Source of the DNA: an uncultured Flavobacteriales bacterium
Lineage (GTDB): Bacteria > Bacteroidota > Bacteroidia > Flavobacteriales_D > Crocinitomicaceae
Length of the DNA stretch: 64,000 nt
Direction: 5' to 3'
Assembly: GCA_905478665.1 (NCBI GenBank)
Contig: CAJQJL010000029.1
Span: forward strand, 240 to 64,239
Shown here piece after piece: positions 1 through 10,564 of this stretch (position 1 is the first letter of the stretch; each line of letters begins with the position of its first letter). The translations under genes and the position numbers were made by a program. Below the pieces are notes generated by a model that saw nothing but the letters and a program-made list of their open reading frames with translations, made no database searches and was not told the DNA's origin.

Positions 1-35
1 TCTTTGCAAAAACGATAACTAAATTATCTGACATA

Positions 36-539
36 TTAATAGACGACGTTTCCAGTGGTTACCCATTTCCCCCATTCTTTCGAGAAACCGTGAATGGTGC
101 TTGTTTTTCGTTCCAAAGCATTAACCATAGGGAGGCCAATGTTTGCCCAATGAAAAAGTCCACCATAGAGGTTGTGTACGTTGGTGTATCCCGCTTTTTT
201 GAGACGTTTCCCTATGTCCTGACTCCGCGCTCCAATACTGCAGTAGACAATAATTTCAGCATTTTTGGGAATGGACTTCACCGATTTTAATTTGAAATTG
301 TCGTAATCAACGTGATGCGCATTTTTAATGTGACTGGTATTGAATTCCTTTATGGCTCGGGTATCCAAAAAATAGACAGCATCATTGCCAATTTTTTCCT
401 TCGCCTTCATTGGTGAAATCGTGGGGAACCCGTCATAGTATTCATTCAACAGAGCTTTGTATTCTTTGGATTGCCCATAGGAGAATCCTGAAACGAACAG
501 GAGAAGAAAAAAGAGGTATTTCATGTGAGTATGACGCAT
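36..539 (-). CDS. Rhodanese-like domain protein, probably secreted
   Basis: 167-aa ORF. Signal-like MKYLFFLLLFVSGFSYGQ suggests the true start is the internal Met near coord 524. Rhodanese active-site loop CSIGAR (CxxxxR) is present in VYCSIGARS. Confidence 0.7.
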   Translation of the reverse strand: MRHTHMKYLFFLLLFVSGFSYGQSKEYKALLNEYYDGFPTISPMKAKEKIGNDAVYFLDTRAIKEFNTSHIKNAHHVDYDNFKLKSVKSIPKNAEIIVYCSIGARSQDIGKRLKKAGYTNVHNLYGGLFHWANIGLPMVNALERKTSTIHGFSKEWGKWVTTGNVVY

Positions 540-559
540 TTCAAATTCAGTTCTTACAA

Positions 560-1507
560 TTAAGGTTGACAGGCCAATGTATCAAAAGAAGGAGAGTATC
601 CAGCCCAAACACCCAAGGCTCCTCCTGTTATATTGCTGGGGATGTTTGTGGGTGTCGCAAAGGGGTTTCCTGCCGTTCCGAGTTGCATGTATTTCTTTTC
701 CATAAAATCATATACAGCTGCATCCATTTTTGAGAATTTAATCACTATTGTGTCTCCAATTGGAAATAAACCAGCGTGTTCATTTAGCACGCCTTCATCA
801 TAACCGAACGGATTGTCGTAAAAGAAATCAAAAGTCAGGCCATCGAAGAACTCATCGTCAAAAACAGGGCTAAATGTTTCTGCAAAATTGGCGTCCAGTT
901 CATTTCCAGTGCCATCATCGTTGATGCGTTTCACCTCCCATTTGTAGGCGTCAAACTGACCAGGGGGATCCGTTAGTGTTGCCCATGAGTACCCGTGCGT
1001 GGTTAAGTCGCCATCTGGCTTCCAAAATACGGCATCGAAGGCTGTTGGTTCAACGATTTGGGTTTCTGCGGTATAGGTTTTACCCTCTGCGACTACGGTC
1101 AATGAGTATGTTTTACCAACCTCACCAAAAATTAGAGGGTCCAACGATGTGTATCCGCAGATGTGTACACTCGCTAAGTCAGCCTCAGGAATTCCTAACA
1201 TCTCAGCAACGAAAGGTTCACTTCCAGGTGGCAAATTATCTGTACACATTTCAATTAGTTGAATAGTTGTCGTGCCGTTGGATACTGTTACGGTAGCACC
1301 TGAGACAAAGGCACCTAGGAAGGCTTCTAGATCTGTCGGAGCGTAAATGTCTTTCGATTTTGAAATAAGCACAATTGGTGGCATTCCAGTTTCAATTCTA
1401 CCGTCAATGACAAGTTGTTCCTCGTATCCAGGAATGTCAATCTCTACTTCTTTCGTACATGACGAGAGGAGTCCAATTGCGAGAAAAAAGAGAAGTAAAT
1501 ATTTCAT
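560..1507 (-). CDS. DUF4249-like lipoprotein (partner of the upstream TonB-dependent receptor)
   Basis: Lipoprotein signal MKYLLLFFLAIGLLSSC. The N-terminal pattern EIDIPGYEEQLVIDGRIE is typical of DUF4249. It starts 3 nt after the receptor stop, the usual TBDR-DUF4249 pairing in Bacteroidota. Confidence 0.6.
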   Translation of the reverse strand: MKYLLLFFLAIGLLSSCTKEVEIDIPGYEEQLVIDGRIETGMPPIVLISKSKDIYAPTDLEAFLGAFVSGATVTVSNGTTTIQLIEMCTDNLPPGSEPFVAEMLGIPEADLASVHICGYTSLDPLIFGEVGKTYSLTVVAEGKTYTAETQIVEPTAFDAVFWKPDGDLTTHGYSWATLTDPPGQFDAYKWEVKRINDDGTGNELDANFAETFSPVFDDEFFDGLTFDFFYDNPFGYDEGVLNEHAGLFPIGDTIVIKFSKMDAAVYDFMEKKYMQLGTAGNPFATPTNIPSNITGGALGVWAGYSPSFDTLACQP

Positions 1508-1509
1508 GT

Positions 1510-3909
1510 CTAAAATTCAAAATTCCACGTGACACTCGGAATGATAGGGAATAAGGTAACTTGTTTTACCTTTATTTCAAAATCACCTGCGAGGAAGTCA
1601 CCATCATTATCGATGTATAAAAAGTAAGGATTGGCTCTGTTGTAAACGTTGTAAACAGAAATCGCTACGTTCGTTTTTAATTTTTTCTTTACCTGAATGG
1701 TTTCGCCCGTTGCAGGGTCTTGCTTTTCTTTATACTCTTTTCCATACCACGTTGCCGAAATGTCCAATCGATGATAAGGCGCCATTCGCGTTGAGTTGCG
1801 CTGACCGTAGTTAAACAACAGCTCTTGATTTTGGACGTACCACGATGTTGGAAGGGTGAGTGTATTTCCCGTAGCGTAAATAAAAGCACCACTAAACACC
1901 CATCTTTTACCCAGTTTATAACTTCCTACAACCGATAGATCGTGCCTTCTGTCATATTTGGCTGGGAAGACTTCACCGTTGTTAATCTCTTCAAAAAGAC
2001 GTTCTGTTTTGCTCCACGTATATCCAATCCAACCTGTGAACTTTCCGTATGTTTTCTTAACGAAGAATTCAATTCCGTAACTCCAACCTTTGCCGTAAAC
2101 CAGTAAATTGTCGGTGTTGTCGTTCACGTTATCACTTGGTAGCGCACCTTCTTTGTACTCAATCAGGTTGTTCATTCCCTTATAGTACACTTCCACCGAT
2201 GTCTCGATCATGTTATTTGCGAAATTTCTGAAATAACCCAATGAAGTTTGCCATCCCTTTTGTGGTTGTGCAAGATTTGTTGTTGGATACCAAACATCCG
2301 TTGGAAGCGACACAGCACTAAGGGATGTTAAGTGAACGTATTGATAGTTGTACGAATAACCAGCTTTAATCGAGCTTCGATCTGGAAGCAACCAGCGCAA
2401 TGAGATCCGTGGTTCCAATCCATGGTAGAATTTGATAATATCTCCTTTTGCATATTCAATGGTAGAGTCTGGTTTGCTGATGTCTCCATTGATATAGCGC
2501 GTAAATGGGCCGACGTGTTGGAACATACTGTAGCGAAGTCCTGCATTGATACGCAAGTATTCATTAATATCAAATTCGTCGAGCGCATACAATGCAGATT
2601 CATGACTGTAAAGTTTTTGCGCGATTCCAGTATCGAAGACCGTATCATCATTCTCGGCACTGACACTAAACGGTGTAAACGTGTGATAAGTGTAATCAAC
2701 ACCATACTTGATTTTATGCCGCGTATTTGGGAAATAGGTGAAGTCAATTTTTCCTCCCCAATCGCGAATTCCAGAGTTCAGGGCAAATCTAAATTCGTCC
2801 TGAGAGGAAATAAAGCTGAATCGATAATCCGTCATTGTCGCAGTGACGTTCATGAATAACTTACTTGAAAAAAGGTGATTCCAACGCAGTGCGACAATTC
2901 CATTTCCCCAAGGCATATCTACCTGAAAGTTGTCGTCCAAATTTCCAAAACTGAATTCATCTTTGCCGTAATAGCTGCTCAAGAAGAGTTTATCTTTCTT
3001 CCCTATATTGTAGTTCATTTTTAGGTTCAAATCGTAGAAGTAATAGCTTGAACCAGCAAAGGGAGAGTCTTTTGGAATTGCGGCTTTCATAATGACGTCC
3101 AAATAAGTGCGTCGTGCAGAAACGATAAAAGAACCTTTGTCCTTTTTGAGCGGACCTTGAACTGTTAGTCGCGATGAAATAACGCCCAATCCACCCTTCA
3201 CGCCGAACTTCTTTTTGTTTCCCTCATCCATATTGACTTCCAATACAGAAGACATCCGACCTCCAAAATTTGCAGGCATTCCCCCTTTGATTAAGTTGAC
3301 ACTTTTAACAGCGTCAGCGTTGAAAACGGAGAAGAAACCGAACAAATGGGCTGCGTTGTAGACCGTGGCCTCGTCCAGTAACACTAAATTTTGATCGGGT
3401 CCACCACCGCGCACATAAAACCCTTGACCACCTTCAGCTGCGGAAGAAACACCAGGGAGCAATTGAATGGTCTTTATTATATCTACCTCTCCCATAAATG
3501 CAGGTAGGGTTTTTATTTCATCAATGTCCAATTGCAACTGCCCAATTTTGGTGCTTTTTATATTGTCTTCAGCATTGGCGTTGACCACAACCTCTTGGAT
3601 GTTCTGCATTTTTGTGGCCATCTCCATATCAAAGCGGACGTCTTTATTTAGGTCAATTTCCTTCGTTTCTGTATCAAGACCAGCCATCCGAAATTCGACA
3701 GTGTATACCCCTTTTGGCACTGTTAATGAGAAAAAACCGTAGTTGTTCGTGATGGCTCCTTTTCGAATGGATGGGATGTAAACCTTTGCACCAATCATCG
3801 TTTCACCATCCCTTCCATCGATCACATAACCACTAAGCGTACTTGTTTCTTGTGCAGTACCTATAAAGGCGGTGAAAAATGTTAGAAGTAGCAAAAAGTA
3901 TCTCATCAA
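1510..3909 (-). CDS. TonB-dependent receptor with N-terminal carboxypeptidase-regulatory-like domain
   Basis: 799 aa with a signal peptide. CarboxypepD_reg-like segment SGYVIDGRDGETMIGAKVYI...YTVEF, then plug-like and long beta-barrel sequence. C-terminus ends WNFEF (terminal aromatic). Confidence 0.85.
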   Translation of the reverse strand: MMRYFLLLLTFFTAFIGTAQETSTLSGYVIDGRDGETMIGAKVYIPSIRKGAITNNYGFFSLTVPKGVYTVEFRMAGLDTETKEIDLNKDVRFDMEMATKMQNIQEVVVNANAEDNIKSTKIGQLQLDIDEIKTLPAFMGEVDIIKTIQLLPGVSSAAEGGQGFYVRGGGPDQNLVLLDEATVYNAAHLFGFFSVFNADAVKSVNLIKGGMPANFGGRMSSVLEVNMDEGNKKKFGVKGGLGVISSRLTVQGPLKKDKGSFIVSARRTYLDVIMKAAIPKDSPFAGSSYYFYDLNLKMNYNIGKKDKLFLSSYYGKDEFSFGNLDDNFQVDMPWGNGIVALRWNHLFSSKLFMNVTATMTDYRFSFISSQDEFRFALNSGIRDWGGKIDFTYFPNTRHKIKYGVDYTYHTFTPFSVSAENDDTVFDTGIAQKLYSHESALYALDEFDINEYLRINAGLRYSMFQHVGPFTRYINGDISKPDSTIEYAKGDIIKFYHGLEPRISLRWLLPDRSSIKAGYSYNYQYVHLTSLSAVSLPTDVWYPTTNLAQPQKGWQTSLGYFRNFANNMIETSVEVYYKGMNNLIEYKEGALPSDNVNDNTDNLLVYGKGWSYGIEFFVKKTYGKFTGWIGYTWSKTERLFEEINNGEVFPAKYDRRHDLSVVGSYKLGKRWVFSGAFIYATGNTLTLPTSWYVQNQELLFNYGQRNSTRMAPYHRLDISATWYGKEYKEKQDPATGETIQVKKKLKTNVAISVYNVYNRANPYFLYIDNDGDFLAGDFEIKVKQVTLFPIIPSVTWNFEF

Positions 3910-4042
3910 TAGAGTTTTTTTGTAAAAGTCGTAAAAAACGACCTCGCATTCAAGGAATGGCTGTTAATTTTAAACCTTATAAATTAAAGATTTATCAATG
4001 TTTTATGGGTGATTTCGCTTAATAATTGATTCAGATTTTGGT

Positions 4043-4050
4043 ACCTTTGT
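4043..4050 (+). promoter_or_regulatory. Candidate Bacteroidota -7 promoter box (TACCTTTG = TAnnTTTG)
   Basis: Exact match to the TAnnTTTG consensus, ending 6 nt upstream of the ATG at 4057. This would imply a very short or absent 5' UTR. Confidence 0.3.
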
Positions 4051-4056
4051 CTGTTC

Positions 4057-6144
4057 ATGATAAAGGGCTTATTCGGGATACTAATTTTTTTACTCTACAC
4101 TGGCAATTCGTTCGGGCAAACAGCTGAATTGGACAGCTTGCGAAGCCTTTATGAAAAGACCGAATCCATTCGAGAGAAAACAGGGCTGGCAATTGAAATG
4201 GCCTTGAATTGCAAGAAGAAGGAAGAAGCAATTGCCTATGCTGAGGTTGCAGAAGAACTTTCATTGAACGAAGTGACGAAGAACCGTATTGAAGCCGTAA
4301 TGGGAGTCGCATCGGTATACTACAAGTTTAAAGATTTTGGCGTTGCAGTTGAAAAAGTCCAAAGTGCAGTCAAATTACTGGACGAGTTTGGTAGTCTTGG
4401 TGAGCGGGCAGAAGGGTACAGGATTTTGGGCAAATACCAACGCGGAAATTTGATGTTGGATCAAGCGCTAACTTCCTATTTGCAAGCTGAAGAAATTTAC
4501 AGGATAATTGGTGACACGAAAGGAGTGATCAACTGCTTGAATAAGCGTGGGATCATTCATAAAGATTTACAGAATTATTCACAGGCGTTGCCCATTTATT
4601 ACGAGGCTTTTGATCTCGCAAGGAAACATGGACTTCCAGAACAGTTGGCTTCTACCTGCGTAAACATTGGGGTTGTCCTAAAGAATGAAAAGAATTTTGA
4701 GGAAGCATTAAGTTATTATCAGCGGGCAGAAGAAATTTACGTTATCGACAATAATTATTATGGATTAGCGAACATCTACAACAATATTGGGAACGTATTG
4801 CGGTATCAGAAAAAGTATAAAGAGGCGCTTAGGTACTACGAATTTGCCATTGAGAATAGAAAGAAATCGAAGAAGTTAAGACGGCTTGGATACACGTATA
4901 ACAATATTGGAATTGTATACACGGAGCAGAAAAAGTATAAACTAGCACTGGAATACCTAGAAAAGGCAGAAAAGCAGAAGCTTGAATTTGAAGATTATGA
5001 AACACTTGCCCACACGTACTTAAATTTTTCAGAAGTGTATCTGGTGTTGAATAATGCTGAAAAGTATTATTACTATGCTGATTTGTCCGAAAAACTGAGT
5101 CGTAAGTATTTGCATGATGAGATTATTCGGAATTTATCAGTTAATCATGGGAAATTTGAGGCAAATAACGGAAATTATAAGAAAGCGTATGCCCACCTTT
5201 CCAGTGTTTTCCAGGAGTTAGATACCTTGGATGCCAAATCTCAAAAAATTCTAACTTCCGTTTTACAAGCACATTTTCGTGAAAAGCAAAGCAAGAGTGA
5301 GATAAGCGAGTTGTCGGAAGCAAACGACACGCTTTCAAATCAGAAGGAGGAATTGGAATACAACCAGCGTTTTTCGCGTAAGATGATTTGGGCATTATCA
5401 CTCGTTTTGGTGGTAATGGTCATTCTGGTTATTCTCTTGTTTGTTAAGCAACGTGCTTTAGCAGAAAAGAAGAAGGAACTGGAACTTACAAATGAACGCT
5501 TGAGGGAGACGACGCTTGGAAACGAAGAGAAAGAAACCCTTCTGAAAGAAATTCACCACCGGGTAAAGAACAATCTACAGATTATTAAAAGCTTGATTCG
5601 TTTACAGAATTCGGCAGTGGAAGATGAAAAAATGCACGCGATTTTACTTGAGTTTGAGCAACGGGTGTCGTCTATGGCATTGGTGCACGAATCGCTTTAT
5701 AAAAGTGATGATCTGGCAAAAGTCAATGTTGGAAGCTATTATGAAGATTTGATCAATGACTTAATTGAAGCCTACAACGTTAAGCAGGAAGTTGAAGCAG
5801 AAATCTCAATTGATATAGAAGATTTAGGGTTGGATACATTGGTTCCTTTGGGCTTATTGACAAATGAAATTATATCAAATTCATTAAAGCACGGCTTCGA
5901 CAGGAATACAAATGGAATTATTAAAGTAGTTTTGAAAAACATTGAAGATGGGCGATTTCAACTACTCATTGGAGATAATGGAAAAGGATTTGATTTTGAG
6001 AAACAACGCCTCAATGAAAGTTCACTTGGAACGGAACTTATTTTGGCATTGGTGGAACAATTGGATGGTGAATATGAGTTTAGTAATGATGGCGGATCGT
6101 ACTATCAAATAACCTTTAAACCGCAAGATAAAACAGGTATATAA
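4057..6144 (+). CDS. TPR-repeat sensor histidine kinase (HisKA_2/HWE-like)
   Basis: Signal/TM segment, then many TPR-like repeats (YNNIGNVLRYQKKYKEALRYYE etc.), a TM segment (MIWALSLVLVVMVILVILLF) and a coiled coil. H-box EIHHRVKNNLQII is followed by an HATPase-like region (LLIGDNGKGF). Confidence 0.8.
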   Translation: MIKGLFGILIFLLYTGNSFGQTAELDSLRSLYEKTESIREKTGLAIEMALNCKKKEEAIAYAEVAEELSLNEVTKNRIEAVMGVASVYYKFKDFGVAVEKVQSAVKLLDEFGSLGERAEGYRILGKYQRGNLMLDQALTSYLQAEEIYRIIGDTKGVINCLNKRGIIHKDLQNYSQALPIYYEAFDLARKHGLPEQLASTCVNIGVVLKNEKNFEEALSYYQRAEEIYVIDNNYYGLANIYNNIGNVLRYQKKYKEALRYYEFAIENRKKSKKLRRLGYTYNNIGIVYTEQKKYKLALEYLEKAEKQKLEFEDYETLAHTYLNFSEVYLVLNNAEKYYYYADLSEKLSRKYLHDEIIRNLSVNHGKFEANNGNYKKAYAHLSSVFQELDTLDAKSQKILTSVLQAHFREKQSKSEISELSEANDTLSNQKEELEYNQRFSRKMIWALSLVLVVMVILVILLFVKQRALAEKKKELELTNERLRETTLGNEEKETLLKEIHHRVKNNLQIIKSLIRLQNSAVEDEKMHAILLEFEQRVSSMALVHESLYKSDDLAKVNVGSYYEDLINDLIEAYNVKQEVEAEISIDIEDLGLDTLVPLGLLTNEIISNSLKHGFDRNTNGIIKVVLKNIEDGRFQLLIGDNGKGFDFEKQRLNESSLGTELILALVEQLDGEYEFSNDGGSYYQITFKPQDKTGI

Positions 6145-8576
6145 TGAAAATTTCATACAACTGGCTTAAGGAATACGTGAAGCTAGAAATGACTCCAGAA
6201 CGGGCATCTGAGATATTAACCGATACTGGATTGGAAGTAGAAGGACTTCACAAAATAGAAGCTGTTAAAGGTGGATTGGAAGGAGTGTTCATAGGCGAAG
6301 TATTGACGTGTGAACAACATCCTGACGCGGATCGACTTAAAGTTGTGACCGTGAGTGTTGGGGAGGAGCCCTTGCAAATTGTGTGCGGTGCTCCGAATGT
6401 ATCTGTTGGACAAAAGGTAGTTGTTGCAACAGTCGGATGCACGCTGTATCCTACTCCAGAAGAGCCATTTAAAATTAAGAAATCGAAAATAAGAGGAGTT
6501 GAGTCTTTGGGAATGCTATGCGCAGAAGATGAACTGGGTATGGGACAGGGACACGATGGAATTCTTGTTGTCGATTCAAACGCCAAGGTTGGAACCAAAG
6601 CTTCAACATTTTTTGAATTAGAGGATGATTATTCAATTGATATCGGATTGACACCTAATCGGGCAGATGCCATGGGACATATTGGTGTTGCACGCGATTT
6701 GGTTGCTTACCTTAACGTTCATGAGGATGCTGGACTGGCGTTAACTATCCCATCAGTAGATGCGTTTAAAGTAGTTTCAAACGACTTGCCGATTAGTATT
6801 AATGTCGAGGACAGTGAGTTGTGTCCTCGCTACATGGGAACAAGTATTAAAGGAGTGAAGGTTCAGCCTTCTCCAGCATGGTTGCAAAAAAGACTTCGAG
6901 CGATCGGTCTTTCTCCAATAAATAATGTTGTCGATGTCACCAATTTTGTGATGCACGAATTTGGAACGCCTCTGCATGCATTTGATGCGAGTGGATTGAA
7001 TGGAAAAATCGTTGTGAAAACAGCAAATGATGGAGATACATTCACAACATTGGATGAGGTTGAACGCAAATTAGATTCAACAAACTTGATGATCACCAAC
7101 GGTGAGGATCACTTATGTATCGCAGGCGTTTTTGGAGGAATGGACTCTGGAATTAAGGATGAAACGACCGATGTGTTTTTGGAGTCGGCGTATTTTAACC
7201 CAGTTTCTGTGCGTAAGACAGCAAAGATGCATGGATTGAACACGGATTCTTCATTTCGCTTCGAACGTGGGGTTGATCCACATTTGACGGAGCTTGCGTT
7301 GAAAAGAGCGACATTGCTAATTCAGGAAGTTGCTGGAGGATCTGTCGCTATGGATATTGTGGACACAAACAAGAAGCCGATTGAAAACAAGATCATAGAC
7401 TTTAGTTACGAACGTTGTAATCGACTGATAGGGGATAATTTGACTGTAGAGAAAGTAAATTCAATTCTCACGAACCTAGATATTAAAGTTGTTTCAGAAG
7501 GAGACAATTCAGTGAAGCTTGAAATTCCTGCCTACCGTGTGGACGTTACCCGCGAAGCTGATGTTGTGGAAGAAGTGCTTCGGATTTATGGATACAATAA
7601 CGTTCCAATTCCTGAAAAACTGAATTCTTCAATTTCTCAATTCAACAAACCAGATATTGAAAAAATACAGACTGTCATTTCTGAGATGTTGGTGGGAATG
7701 GGATGCATTGAAACATTGAACAATTCATTGACGAAATCTGAATACTCAGTAAAGCTGGGAGGTGAAGTTATCAAGCCTGAATTCAATGTAGAAATGTTGA
7801 ATCCGCTAAGTCAGGATTTAGATGTTATGCGTCAATCGTTGATTTTTAACGGTCTGGAAATGGTAGCTCACAATCAAAATCGTCAGAACCCTGACTTGAG
7901 ATTGTATGAATTTGGAAAGATTTATCATAAGTATGAGTCTGGCTATAGCGAAAACAAACGTCTATTGATTGTTCTTACTGGGAAGAAGGAACAGGAGAGC
8001 TGGAATTCATCAAAAGATGCTCACTCATTTTATACAATCAAGGGGCTCACCTCAGCAGTATTTGAGCGATTGGGATTGAGTGGAATGCTCAAGGAAAAAG
8101 CAATCAAGAATTCACTTTTGGAAGACGGAAGTCAACTCCGAATATTGAAGAATAAAGTTGGAGAGATTGGGTGGATATCCAATAAGGTGAAGAAGCATTT
8201 TGGAATTAAAAACGATGTCTTTATCGCTGACCTTGATTGGGATGCTGTTTTGGAGAGTCTTACATACTCAAAAGTGAAATTTACCGAATTACCAAAAACG
8301 TTTGCTGTTCGTCGTGACTTCTCTTTGCTCTTGGATGCAAAAGTGAATTTCTCTGAGATTGAGGAAATTGCAAAAGGTTGCGATAAGAAGCTATTGAAAG
8401 AAGTAGGTCTCTTTGATGTGTATGAAGGGAATAAACTTGAAGCAGGCAAGAAATCGTATGCGGTTTCCTTTACATTCCAGGACCCTGAACAAACTTTGAA
8501 GGATAAGCAAGTCGATGCAATAATGGCTAAAATTCGTGAACAACTCGAGTCCAAACTTGCTGCTCAGTTGAGATAG
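6144..8576 (+). CDS. pheT: Phenylalanine--tRNA ligase beta subunit
   Basis: 810 aa with the canonical N-terminus MKISYNWLKEYV and a tRNA-binding domain (QHPDADRLKV). B3/4, B5 and the C-terminal anticodon-binding-like domain are in the typical order. Confidence 0.95.
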   Translation: MKISYNWLKEYVKLEMTPERASEILTDTGLEVEGLHKIEAVKGGLEGVFIGEVLTCEQHPDADRLKVVTVSVGEEPLQIVCGAPNVSVGQKVVVATVGCTLYPTPEEPFKIKKSKIRGVESLGMLCAEDELGMGQGHDGILVVDSNAKVGTKASTFFELEDDYSIDIGLTPNRADAMGHIGVARDLVAYLNVHEDAGLALTIPSVDAFKVVSNDLPISINVEDSELCPRYMGTSIKGVKVQPSPAWLQKRLRAIGLSPINNVVDVTNFVMHEFGTPLHAFDASGLNGKIVVKTANDGDTFTTLDEVERKLDSTNLMITNGEDHLCIAGVFGGMDSGIKDETTDVFLESAYFNPVSVRKTAKMHGLNTDSSFRFERGVDPHLTELALKRATLLIQEVAGGSVAMDIVDTNKKPIENKIIDFSYERCNRLIGDNLTVEKVNSILTNLDIKVVSEGDNSVKLEIPAYRVDVTREADVVEEVLRIYGYNNVPIPEKLNSSISQFNKPDIEKIQTVISEMLVGMGCIETLNNSLTKSEYSVKLGGEVIKPEFNVEMLNPLSQDLDVMRQSLIFNGLEMVAHNQNRQNPDLRLYEFGKIYHKYESGYSENKRLLIVLTGKKEQESWNSSKDAHSFYTIKGLTSAVFERLGLSGMLKEKAIKNSLLEDGSQLRILKNKVGEIGWISNKVKKHFGIKNDVFIADLDWDAVLESLTYSKVKFTELPKTFAVRRDFSLLLDAKVNFSEIEEIAKGCDKKLLKEVGLFDVYEGNKLEAGKKSYAVSFTFQDPEQTLKDKQVDAIMAKIREQLESKLAAQLR

Positions 8577-8629
8577 TTTCATAGAATCAAATAAGGTTTT
8601 CTCATCGAGAAAGCAAAACCCTTATAAGA

Positions 8630-9256
8630 ATGGTAAGTACATCAGACCAAAAGTATGTTATCACAGGAATTGGAACGGACGTAGGGAAAACGGTTGTGAG
8701 TGCGATTATTTCCGAAGCATTGGAAGCGCACTATTGGAAACCGATTCAAGCTGGAGATTTGGACAATTCTGATTCGTTAAAGATTGCAGAATACACCGAA
8801 AAGGTAAAAGTATTAGCAGAGGGGTATCGATTGAGCCAGCCTATGTCGCCTCACGCAGCAGCAGAAATAGATGGTGTTGAGATTCAACGAAGCGATTTAA
8901 AGCTTCCAGAGGTGAGCGGAAACCTCATTGTAGAAGGTGCTGGTGGCTTGATGGTTCCAGTGAACAACGATGGTTTGACTTTCGCTGATTTGATTGAAGA
9001 TTGGAACCTGCCGACAATAGTCGTTTCTCGTCATTATTTGGGAAGTATCAATCACAGTTTGTTAACGGCAGAAGTATTAAAATCAAGAGGCATTGATGTG
9101 CGCGGGTTTGTGTTTGTCGGAGATGAAAATATGGCGACCGAAGAGATTATTTTGAAATCGACAGGACTGAAAATGATTGCACGAATTCCAATAACAAATC
9201 AGCTTGATAAAAATTTCATCAAGGAGCAAGCTGCTCTCATTAAACCCTTCTTATGA
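8630..9256 (+). CDS. bioD: Dethiobiotin synthase
   Basis: 208 aa with P-loop GIGTDVGKTVVS, ...YWKPIQAG..., EGAGGLMVP. Overlaps bioA by 4 nt (ATGA). Confidence 0.9.
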   Translation: MVSTSDQKYVITGIGTDVGKTVVSAIISEALEAHYWKPIQAGDLDNSDSLKIAEYTEKVKVLAEGYRLSQPMSPHAAAEIDGVEIQRSDLKLPEVSGNLIVEGAGGLMVPVNNDGLTFADLIEDWNLPTIVVSRHYLGSINHSLLTAEVLKSRGIDVRGFVFVGDENMATEEIILKSTGLKMIARIPITNQLDKNFIKEQAALIKPFL

Positions 9257-10530
9257 GTAGATTATCAGAGGTCGACAAAAAGCACGTTTGGCACCCGTTT
9301 ACACAACATTTAACGGCAGGCGAACCTTTGGAAATTGTCAAAGCAGAGGGTGTCTATTTGTACGATTCCAATGGCCAAAAATACATAGACGCGAACTCTT
9401 CGTGGTGGGTGAATACACATGGACATGGACATCCACATATCGGCAAAGCGATTTCGGATCAATTCAATGCGATCGATCACATTGTTTTTGCTGGAGTAAC
9501 ACATCCGAAAGCTGCAGAACTTGCAGAGCGGATAACAAAACTCCTTCCAGAAAGCTTGGAAAAAGTGTTTTTTTCGGATAATGGTTCAACTGCCGTTGAG
9601 ATCGCGCTGAAAATGACCTTCCAATATTGGCACAACAAAGGAGAGAAAAAACAGCGTTTTCTTGCCATGCATGGCTCTTATCATGGAGATACGTTTGGGG
9701 CAATGTCGGTTGGACAAAGAGGATATTTTAATGAACCTTTTGAGCCTTTCTTTTTTGACGTTGACTACATAGATTTTCCAACTGCGAGCAATGAAGAGCA
9801 GATATTGAAGCGAGTGAAGGAGCTTTTCCAGACGGGTGAATTTGCAGGAATGATTGTCGAACCACTCGTCCAAGGAGCAGCTGGAATGCAGATGTACTCA
9901 CCAGCGTTTTTAGACCGATTGACGAAGCTTGCACATGCGCAGGATGTAATCGTGATTTTTGATGAGGTGATGACAGGGTTTGGCAGGACGGGAAAGATGT
10001 TTGCAATGGATCACTGTCAGGAAAAACCGGATTTGACAGCACTCTCGAAAGGTTTGACGGCGGGTGTGATGGCACTGGGCTTAACCGTTGCTAGTGATAA
10101 GATCTACGAAGCCTTTTTAGGAGAAGAGACCACGAAGGCACTTTTACATGGACATTCATTTACGGCAAACCCACTTGCTTGTGCGGTTGCTTGTGCAAAC
10201 TTGGATTTATTTGAGCAGGAGCAGACGTGGGAAGGAGTGCGAAACCTAGAGAAATGGAATGCGTTATTTGCTGATCAGCTAGGAAGAATTAAAACAGTCA
10301 AAAATGTACGTCAACAAGGAACCATTTTGGCTTTTGATATTGACACGGGAGGAGATAGCACTTATTTCTCAGATATAAAAACACAAGCTTATGCCTTTTT
10401 TCTGGAGCAGGGAGTTTTGCTTCGCCCGCTTGGGAATACCCTATTTGTGAATGCGCCTTATTGCATTACTGAGACAGAAAATATGCAAGTTCAAAAGGCA
10501 ATTTTGGATTTTTTAGCCAAGTTGGGGTAG
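9253..10530 (+). CDS. bioA: Adenosylmethionine-8-amino-7-oxononanoate aminotransferase
   Basis: 425 aa with HVWHPFTQ near the N-terminus, a class-III aminotransferase core (FDEVMTGFGRTGKMFA) and the PLP-lysine context LSKGLT. Confidence 0.9.
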   Translation: MSRLSEVDKKHVWHPFTQHLTAGEPLEIVKAEGVYLYDSNGQKYIDANSSWWVNTHGHGHPHIGKAISDQFNAIDHIVFAGVTHPKAAELAERITKLLPESLEKVFFSDNGSTAVEIALKMTFQYWHNKGEKKQRFLAMHGSYHGDTFGAMSVGQRGYFNEPFEPFFFDVDYIDFPTASNEEQILKRVKELFQTGEFAGMIVEPLVQGAAGMQMYSPAFLDRLTKLAHAQDVIVIFDEVMTGFGRTGKMFAMDHCQEKPDLTALSKGLTAGVMALGLTVASDKIYEAFLGEETTKALLHGHSFTANPLACAVACANLDLFEQEQTWEGVRNLEKWNALFADQLGRIKTVKNVRQQGTILAFDIDTGGDSTYFSDIKTQAYAFFLEQGVLLRPLGNTLFVNAPYCITETENMQVQKAILDFLAKLG

Positions 10531-10534
10531 AGCT

Positions 10535-10555
10535 TTGACAAGCTAATAGTGTCAA
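10535..10555. terminator. Weak hairpin between convergent bioA and the aminotransferase gene
   Basis: TTGACA (10535-10540) and TGTCAA (10550-10555) form a 6-bp stem with a 9-nt loop. There is no strong U-run. Confidence 0.25.
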
Positions 10556-10564
10556 CATTCTTGC

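Noticed and set aside
2328-2859. 139-aa (-) and 145-aa (+) ORFs inside the TonB-dependent receptor gene
   Set aside because: They are nested or antisense within a strongly supported 799-aa gene and have no motifs. The same reasoning applies to the many 60-120-aa track ORFs nested in pheT, bioA, tkt, wzc, cysN, cysD and similar genes.
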